DNA of 64,000 nucleotides from Gammaproteobacteria bacterium (GTDB lineage Bacteria; Pseudomonadota; Gammaproteobacteria; JABABF01): NCBI GenBank assembly GCA_965237805.1, contig OZ250153.1, positions 480,001 to 544,000 of the forward strand, read 5' to 3'. Shown piece by piece: positions 58,164 to 64,000 of this stretch (position 1 is its first letter; each line of letters starts with the position of its first letter). The notes under the pieces were generated by a model. It saw only the letters and a program-made list of their open reading frames with translations, ran no database searches and was not told where the DNA came from. The position numbers and the translations under genes were made by a program.

Positions 58164-61049
58164 CGGGGCAATATTTTGATCCCGATCGTGATGCTCGTGG
58201 GCATCAGCTTGGCGGGCACGGGTATGGCCTTCCTGCTCTATTCCTTGCGCTCTCCGACAGAGACAGACTGGGCTTCGACGCGCGCTGTCGAAACGGCCTT
58301 TGTCGGCAAATTGGTCTCGCGCATGACTTGGGAGGAGAAGATCGGCCAATGCAACTTGGCGGTGCCGACAGTGGATCTCAACGCCCCCCGTGTGTCATTG
58401 GAGGAAGACCCCCTGCAGGCCTTGGAAATCTTCCGGCTCAGCGAGGCACAGCGTGAGGATTTGCACCACGGTCGCATCAGCGGCTTCATCGGTGCAGCCG
58501 GGCCGGATTTTGTGCGCGCCGTCGAAATCGAGGTGTTGGAGAGCCGCCTCGCAATTCCCGTGCTGTTCGGTGCCGAGCTGCCACACGGCTATGCCACGAT
58601 CTTTCCCTCGCCCCTAGCGGAGGCTTCCAGCTGGGATCCCACACTGGCCCAGCGCACGGCTCGCGCCGCCGCCACCGAAGCCACCGCCGTCGGCATCAAC
58701 TGGAACCTCGCTCCGGATGTCAATTTGGGACGCGATGCGCGCTGGGGGGGCATCGTCGAGGGGGCGGGCGAGGACACGCTGCTCGCCTCGCAATTCGCCG
58801 CTGCCCGCGTCCGTGGGTTCCAAGGGCAAAGCCTCGGGGAACCGGACACCTTGGCAGCCACCGCCAAGCACTTTATCGCCCATGGTGCCGGGGTGGGCGG
58901 CCTCCCCTATGCGGCGATAGAACTCCCCGAATATGTGGTGCGCCAATTCTACCTGCCGCCATTTCAAGCTGCCGTCAATGCTGGTGTCGCGGTTGTCATG
59001 GCTGCTGTCAACGATATCAACGGCATCCCAGGTACGGTTCACACAAAATATTTGCACGATGTCCTCAGACGGGAACTCAGTTTTGCAGGCTTTGTGCTCT
59101 CGCACTGGCGGGTGGATCGGGAAGTGCACACCCAAGGCATCGCCAGCGAAGAGAGCGACGCAGTCAAGCGCGCGTTCAATGCGGGCATTGATATGGGACT
59201 GGGGTCGGCCTCTTGTCACGATGTGTTGCAGGCCTTGCACGAGCAGGGCCAGCTGGATGGAGCACGCTTGAATGAGGCCACCCGACGCATCCTGTCGGTC
59301 AAATACCGGCTCGGCCTGTTCGACAACTCTTTGCTCTACGCCGATAACGAGCGCATGCAAAAATCGCTGAGGAGCAAGCAGACACAGCAATTGGCACGCG
59401 AGGCTGCACGCCAATCAATCGTCTTACTGAAAAACGAAGGGGAGCTGTTGCCATTAGCACTCGGCGACAGCGCACAGACGATCGCGCTGATTGGGCCTTT
59501 TATCAAAGATGAAGACAACCTCAGCGCCACTTGGTTGCCGCCTCATCGCCACAGCCCGGGGGTCAGTCTCTACGCAGGCATCGTCGCCGCACGCGGCGGT
59601 AATGAGAAAGATTTGCGCTATGCTCAGGGCTCCGGAATCGACCAAGCGCTGGCGGGTGGTATCGCGGAAGCAGTGCGGGCAGCCAAGCGCGCGGATGTCG
59701 TGCTACTGGCGCTGGGTGAGGCCACTCCGCGGGCTGGCGAGCCCGCTTCTCGCACCTATATCGGTCTCCCCAAAGCGCAGTTGGAGTTGGCGCAAGCGGT
59801 CATCGCCACCGGGGTACCAGTGGCTGTGCTGCTGCGCAATGGCCGCCCGCTGGCAGTGCCTTGGCTGGCGCAAAACGCCACCGCTCTAGTCGAGACTTGG
59901 TTTCTCGGCTCGCAAACCGGCCACGCGGTGGCGGACATCCTATTCGCCCGCCACGCACCGAGTGGTCGCCTGCCCATCAGTATCCCTCGTCAATCCGGAC
60001 AAGAGCCCCTGTACTACAACAACAAAAATACCGGCCCCCTACCACCGGCACGTCCCGCCGCCGACGGCATCCAAGTGGGCGCGCTCAGCCATCATTACCA
60101 AGATGCCCTGGCGACAGCACTGTTTCCCTTTGGCCACGGCCTCAGCTACACCAAATTCCGCTACCAATCACTCGAATTGGATCACTGGCTGGTGCCACCG
60201 CGCGGCGCTCTACGTGTGACAGTGACGCTACGAAACATCGGGGAGCGCGACGGAACAGAGGTGGTGCAGCTGTACCTGCGCGATCGGGTGGCCAGCATGA
60301 CGCAACCGGTGCGTCAATTGGTAGCCTACCGGCGTCAGTTCCTGAAAGCGGGGGAGACTAGGCGCATCGGATTCACACTGAAGACAGACCAGCTGTCTTT
60401 TATCGGCCCCAATAACAAAGCCATCACGGAGCCGGGACGATTTGATCTCATGGTCGGCAAGGATTCGACGCAGGGGCTACAGGCGCATTTCTATGTGATC
60501 AGCCGGGTGGGCTCGGTCGCGGCCGACAAAGCACTGCCGTTGACGGTCAGCTGGGACCCAGCGGCCAACGGATTCGAGCAGGCACTGTCTGTGGCAACCG
60601 CCACCGGGAAACACGATACACAGGATTTGCTCGGGATTTACTACGAAGCGGGATCCCGTGACTCAAACACGACACTGGACAGCACCCAGACGCTGTTCGT
60701 CAATGTCACCGACATCGACGCGGCAAGCGGCGGCATCTTGTGGCTGCGACTATTCGCCAACCAACGTGGCTGGGATAACGGTGAGGCCGTGGCCACACAG
60801 CAGCTGGAGCTCAGCGGTGTCGCGGCCCAAACCAGCTTCCCCAACTTGCTGCCGGGCAGCTATGCGTTGCGGGTGCTACAAGACCTTGATGGCGACGGAT
60901 TGACCCGTCTCGACAAGTTCGACCTGCCCCTCGAGCCGATCTCTTTCTCCAACCGTGCGCAATACACTCTGCACGGCGCACCTGAATTCGAAATGGCTCG
61001 CTTCGAGATCACCCAGCGGGCATCGTCGGTCAGCATCGCGATGCCCTGA
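58131..61049 (+). CDS. GH3 (BglX-like) glycoside hydrolase homolog with Fn3-like domain and C-terminal DUF2141-like domain; nucleophile Asp replaced by His
   Basis: SRLAIP, RDARWG...EGAGED, KHF, SIVLLKN, LFPFGHGLSYT and EVVQLY motifs; GFVLSHW in place of SDW; C-terminal PGSYALRVLQDLDGDG...P.E...FSN...GAPEF. Confidence 0.85.
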   Translation: MTQKFPMTQKFRGNILIPIVMLVGISLAGTGMAFLLYSLRSPTETDWASTRAVETAFVGKLVSRMTWEEKIGQCNLAVPTVDLNAPRVSLEEDPLQALEIFRLSEAQREDLHHGRISGFIGAAGPDFVRAVEIEVLESRLAIPVLFGAELPHGYATIFPSPLAEASSWDPTLAQRTARAAATEATAVGINWNLAPDVNLGRDARWGGIVEGAGEDTLLASQFAAARVRGFQGQSLGEPDTLAATAKHFIAHGAGVGGLPYAAIELPEYVVRQFYLPPFQAAVNAGVAVVMAAVNDINGIPGTVHTKYLHDVLRRELSFAGFVLSHWRVDREVHTQGIASEESDAVKRAFNAGIDMGLGSASCHDVLQALHEQGQLDGARLNEATRRILSVKYRLGLFDNSLLYADNERMQKSLRSKQTQQLAREAARQSIVLLKNEGELLPLALGDSAQTIALIGPFIKDEDNLSATWLPPHRHSPGVSLYAGIVAARGGNEKDLRYAQGSGIDQALAGGIAEAVRAAKRADVVLLALGEATPRAGEPASRTYIGLPKAQLELAQAVIATGVPVAVLLRNGRPLAVPWLAQNATALVETWFLGSQTGHAVADILFARHAPSGRLPISIPRQSGQEPLYYNNKNTGPLPPARPAADGIQVGALSHHYQDALATALFPFGHGLSYTKFRYQSLELDHWLVPPRGALRVTVTLRNIGERDGTEVVQLYLRDRVASMTQPVRQLVAYRRQFLKAGETRRIGFTLKTDQLSFIGPNNKAITEPGRFDLMVGKDSTQGLQAHFYVISRVGSVAADKALPLTVSWDPAANGFEQALSVATATGKHDTQDLLGIYYEAGSRDSNTTLDSTQTLFVNVTDIDAASGGILWLRLFANQRGWDNGEAVATQQLELSGVAAQTSFPNLLPGSYALRVLQDLDGDGLTRLDKFDLPLEPISFSNRAQYTLHGAPEFEMARFEITQRASSVSIAMP

Positions 61050-61129
61050 GATGGCCGAATCGCTATACTGGTTTGGGCAAGTGGGTGCGATCGCTAGGCC
61101 TGCTCTATAGCGGGCACAGCAATTGCAAG

Positions 61130-61972
61130 ATGGACGATTTAGAAGCCCTATTGCGCCTTGATGGCAAGAATGCGCTGATCACGGGTGCATCGCGTGGCAT
61201 TGGCCTCGCCATCGCACAGATCTACCGAGAAGCTGGTGCCAGTGTCTTCATCACAGCGCGGGACGCAGCCAACTTGGCACAGGCGCAACAGCTGCTGGAG
61301 CGAGTCGAGGGTGCCGGCCAGGTCATCGCCCACGCCGCTTCGGTGGCCGATGAGGCCGGCATCGAGGGCACCATCGCCCACCACAACGAAACACTCGGAG
61401 CGATCGACATCCTCGTCAACAACGCCGGGCGCAACTCACCTGTCGCACCGCTGATTGAGAGCGACCTCGCGGAATGGCGCAAGACCTACGCCGTCAACGT
61501 CGAAGCACCGCTGCGATTGATTCGATGCGCACTCGACAGCTCGATGCGGGAACGCGGCGGCGTCATTATCAACATCACCACCTTGGGTGTGCATATGCCG
61601 ACCCCAAAACTCGGTGCCTACAGCGGCAGCAAGACCGCGATGAGGCATATGGGCTACCAACTGGCTGGTGAATTGGCTCCCAAAGTGCGCGTCATCAACA
61701 TCGCCCCCGGCATCGTCAAGACGGAGATGGCGCGCGGGCTGTGGCAAGATCGCGAAGAGCAGATGGCGCACACCACCCTGTGCCATCGCATCGGTATGCC
61801 GGTGGATATCGCCCACGCGGCGCTGTTCGCCGCCTCGCAGATGGCCAGCTGGATGACCGGGGTCGACTTGATCGTCGACGGCGGCTCCTCGATGAAAATG
61901 CTCGATCCCGAGCTCGATGCACTCTCCCCGACGGCAGGGCGAGAAGACATGTTACAGCGCATGGGTGTCTAA
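61130..61972 (+). CDS. SDR oxidoreductase
   Basis: TGASRGIG, NNAG and YSGSK. Confidence 0.88.
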   Translation: MDDLEALLRLDGKNALITGASRGIGLAIAQIYREAGASVFITARDAANLAQAQQLLERVEGAGQVIAHAASVADEAGIEGTIAHHNETLGAIDILVNNAGRNSPVAPLIESDLAEWRKTYAVNVEAPLRLIRCALDSSMRERGGVIINITTLGVHMPTPKLGAYSGSKTAMRHMGYQLAGELAPKVRVINIAPGIVKTEMARGLWQDREEQMAHTTLCHRIGMPVDIAHAALFAASQMASWMTGVDLIVDGGSSMKMLDPELDALSPTAGREDMLQRMGV

Positions 61973-62008
61973 TGCCCCCATTCCACCACACGCTTTGAGC
62001 CAAGACAA

Positions 62009-62386
62009 ATGAGTATCGACATCGTGCAATTCAACGACGACTGGCTGGCGGCTTGGAGCGCACTTGATGCCGACCGCGTCGCCGCTTTCTATGCCGAAGA
62101 TGCTCGCTATTTTGACCAGCAACTAGCCGATGGTATCAAGGGGCGCGCCGCACTGCTCGAATACCTCCGGCCGATGTTCGCGGCGGTGCCGTCCATGCGC
62201 TACGAGTCGGATGCAGTATGGCCTATCGAAGGCGGCTTCTGCGGTCGCTGGTACTGTACGATAGACTTGGGCGACGGCAAGCCGCAGCGGATGCGGGGCT
62301 TTGATCTCGCACTGTTGCAGGGCGATGAAATCGTCCACAACGAGGTCTATACCCAGATGCTCAGCGCCGAGCCCCCCGCGGCATGA
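62009..62386 (+). CDS. SnoaL/NTF2-like protein
   Basis: WLAAW...D.VAAFYAEDA.Y.D...GRAAL..Y pattern; 125 aa. Confidence 0.8.
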   Translation: MSIDIVQFNDDWLAAWSALDADRVAAFYAEDARYFDQQLADGIKGRAALLEYLRPMFAAVPSMRYESDAVWPIEGGFCGRWYCTIDLGDGKPQRMRGFDLALLQGDEIVHNEVYTQMLSAEPPAA

Positions 62387-63327
62387 GTCCGTGGTCAGAA
62401 GATGATTTCATACCGCACGCGCAACCGACACAGAGCGGGCACGACAGGAAAAAGATGATGGTGACAAACAACAAAAGCTGTGAAGGACGCGTCGCACTGG
62501 TGACCGGTGCCAGCCGCGGCATCGGGCTGGCCATCGCCCGTCGACTTGCCGCCGAGGGCGCCAGCGTGGTGGTCAACTGCTCGCGCCTCGGCGTGCACGG
62601 TCAACAGCCGGGGACGCTGACAGAGACGGTGAGCCTCATCCAAGCCAATGGCGGCCGCGCTGCCGCCGAGGTGACCGATCTACAAGACGGCGATGCGCGC
62701 GCCGACTTAGTGGCTCGCGCCGAGCAGCATTTCGGCCCGTTGGATATCTTGGTCAACAATGCGGCCACCACCAAATGGGCCTTCCCCAGCCAGTGCGGCT
62801 TGGCAGACCGCCACCGCATCTTCGAGGTCAACTACAACGCCCCGGTGGACTTGGCTCAACAGAGTCTGCCGGGCATGATGGAGCGCGGCGAGGGCTGGAT
62901 CCTCAACATCACCAGCGCCTCGGCGCAGCAACCACAAGTGCCCTACCGCGACTCCAAAGAGGCGGCTCACACCATCGTCGTGTACGGCTCCAGCAAAGCG
63001 GCGCTGAATCGCTACACCGAAGGATTGGCGCACGAAGTGATCGACAGCGGCGTATTCGTCAACGCGCTGATGCCGGTGGCGATCGCACTGACCCCACAGG
63101 CGGCCGCCCTCGTCGGCCACATCGCCCGGAGCAGCCCGGACATGGCCGAGAATGTCGAAGTCATGGCCGAGGCGGCGCTGGAACTGGTGACCGGACGCCA
63201 TGTCGGGCAGATCGCTTACAGCCGCGTGCTGTTGCACCAAGTGGCACGCAAAGTCCATAGCTTGGACGGCTGCGAGGAGTTGGGAGATGCCTTCTTGGCA
63301 GCCGATATGTCGATGGTCGACAGCTGA
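62383..63327 (+). CDS. SDR oxidoreductase
   Basis: TGASRGIG, NNAA and YGSSK; alternative start at 62455. Confidence 0.88.
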   Translation: MSPWSEDDFIPHAQPTQSGHDRKKMMVTNNKSCEGRVALVTGASRGIGLAIARRLAAEGASVVVNCSRLGVHGQQPGTLTETVSLIQANGGRAAAEVTDLQDGDARADLVARAEQHFGPLDILVNNAATTKWAFPSQCGLADRHRIFEVNYNAPVDLAQQSLPGMMERGEGWILNITSASAQQPQVPYRDSKEAAHTIVVYGSSKAALNRYTEGLAHEVIDSGVFVNALMPVAIALTPQAAALVGHIARSSPDMAENVEVMAEAALELVTGRHVGQIAYSRVLLHQVARKVHSLDGCEELGDAFLAADMSMVDS

Positions 63328-63364
63328 GCGCGGCAGCGCTCCCGCCTCCGCCATGCGCAAACGC

Positions 63365-63766
63365 TCAGGCCAACCAGCGATCCCAAATTGTCATGCCCCA
63401 GCACATCCCCGCCAGGACCAGACTGATCAACAGGGCGGCCGCCGCTTGATCCTTAGCGCGCCCGGCCAAGGCGTGGTACTTGGTGCCGACGCGGTCACTG
63501 AGGCTTTCCAAAGCCGAGTTCAGCAACTCGCAGATCAGCACCAGCAGACAGCTTGCGATCAGCAAGCTGCGCTCGCCGCTGTCGCGCCCGAGCCACATCG
63601 CCATCGGCAACAGGGCGGCGCAAAACAGCACTTCAATGCGAAAAGCACGCTCCACCCGCCAAGTGGCGACAAGACCGCGCAGGGCAAAACCAAATGCGCG
63701 CCAGGCATGGGGCAGCAAGGCTTGGGGCACAGGCTTGCCTTCGGCCCGCCCATTGGACTCGGTCAT
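63365..63766 (-). CDS. dgkA: Diacylglycerol kinase
   Basis: ERAFRIE, ELLNSALE and AKDQAAAA motifs with three TM helices. Confidence 0.9.
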   Translation of the reverse strand: MTESNGRAEGKPVPQALLPHAWRAFGFALRGLVATWRVERAFRIEVLFCAALLPMAMWLGRDSGERSLLIASCLLVLICELLNSALESLSDRVGTKYHALAGRAKDQAAAALLISLVLAGMCWGMTIWDRWLA

Positions 63767-63839
63767 ATGAGCATCCTAGCAGGCGGCAAAGCCGCAGCGG
63801 ACAGCTGCCGTCATTATAGTCAGGAAGGCGCGAGCACTA

Positions 63840-64000
63840 ATGTTTGAAGCACTGCGCATCTCAATGGAAGAGGATCAGCGCCACTGGCATATCCAGTGGC
63901 GGCACGCGCCGAGCGGCACCGTGACCCTCTATGGAGGCATGCACCCAGAGCACATCGACCACAGTCGCCCCCTCGGCCAGACCGAGGGCAAGGCCTTGCG
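63840..64000 (+). CDS. Hypothetical protein, 5' part (runs off the window edge)
   Basis: ATG at 63840 after AGGAAGG; open to the window end (MFEALRISMEEDQRHWHIQWRH...). Confidence 0.5.
   Translation, partial: MFEALRISMEEDQRHWHIQWRHAPSGTVTLYGGMHPEHIDHSRPLGQTEGKAL

Noticed and set aside
1-64000. CRISPR array, rRNA or riboswitch
   Set aside because: No regularly spaced repeats, cas genes or recognisable structured-RNA consensus seen. The repeated DNA is explained by paralogous genes and TPR units.

Overview
GC-rich bacterial chromosomal window, most likely from a gammaproteobacterium (nadK, tRNA-Val/tRNA-Asp pair, bifunctional mnmC, dgkA, TonB-dependent receptor). The gene content suggests a host-associated marine lineage such as a sponge symbiont, but that is inference. 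After a short housekeeping block (1-7855), most of the window is an almost regulator-free collection of lipid/sterol-type catabolic genes: a ChsH2-ChsH1-Ltp2-like triad, a KshA-like Rieske oxygenase, 11 SDRs, an F420-type LLM, CoA ligases, EthD and DUF1214-like proteins, and a TonB-dependent receptor. It also holds four exported DUF3604 (PHP-like) paralogs and a GH3-DUF2141 fusion whose catalytic Asp is replaced by His. Four lower-GC islets are interspersed: (i) a secreted aerolysin/ETX-MTX2-like pore-forming protein with an apparently inserted beta/gamma-crystallin domain plus a partner lipoprotein, which is the best candidate for an undescribed system; (ii) a XamI-family restriction-modification pair plus an orphan membrane protein; (iii) an HTH-IrrE/ImmA peptidase with a frameshifted DUF4411 PIN-like gene; (iv) a DUF4760-like gene. 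No CRISPR array, rRNA, integrase or intact transposase was seen. All family calls come from motif recognition by eye, not database searches.
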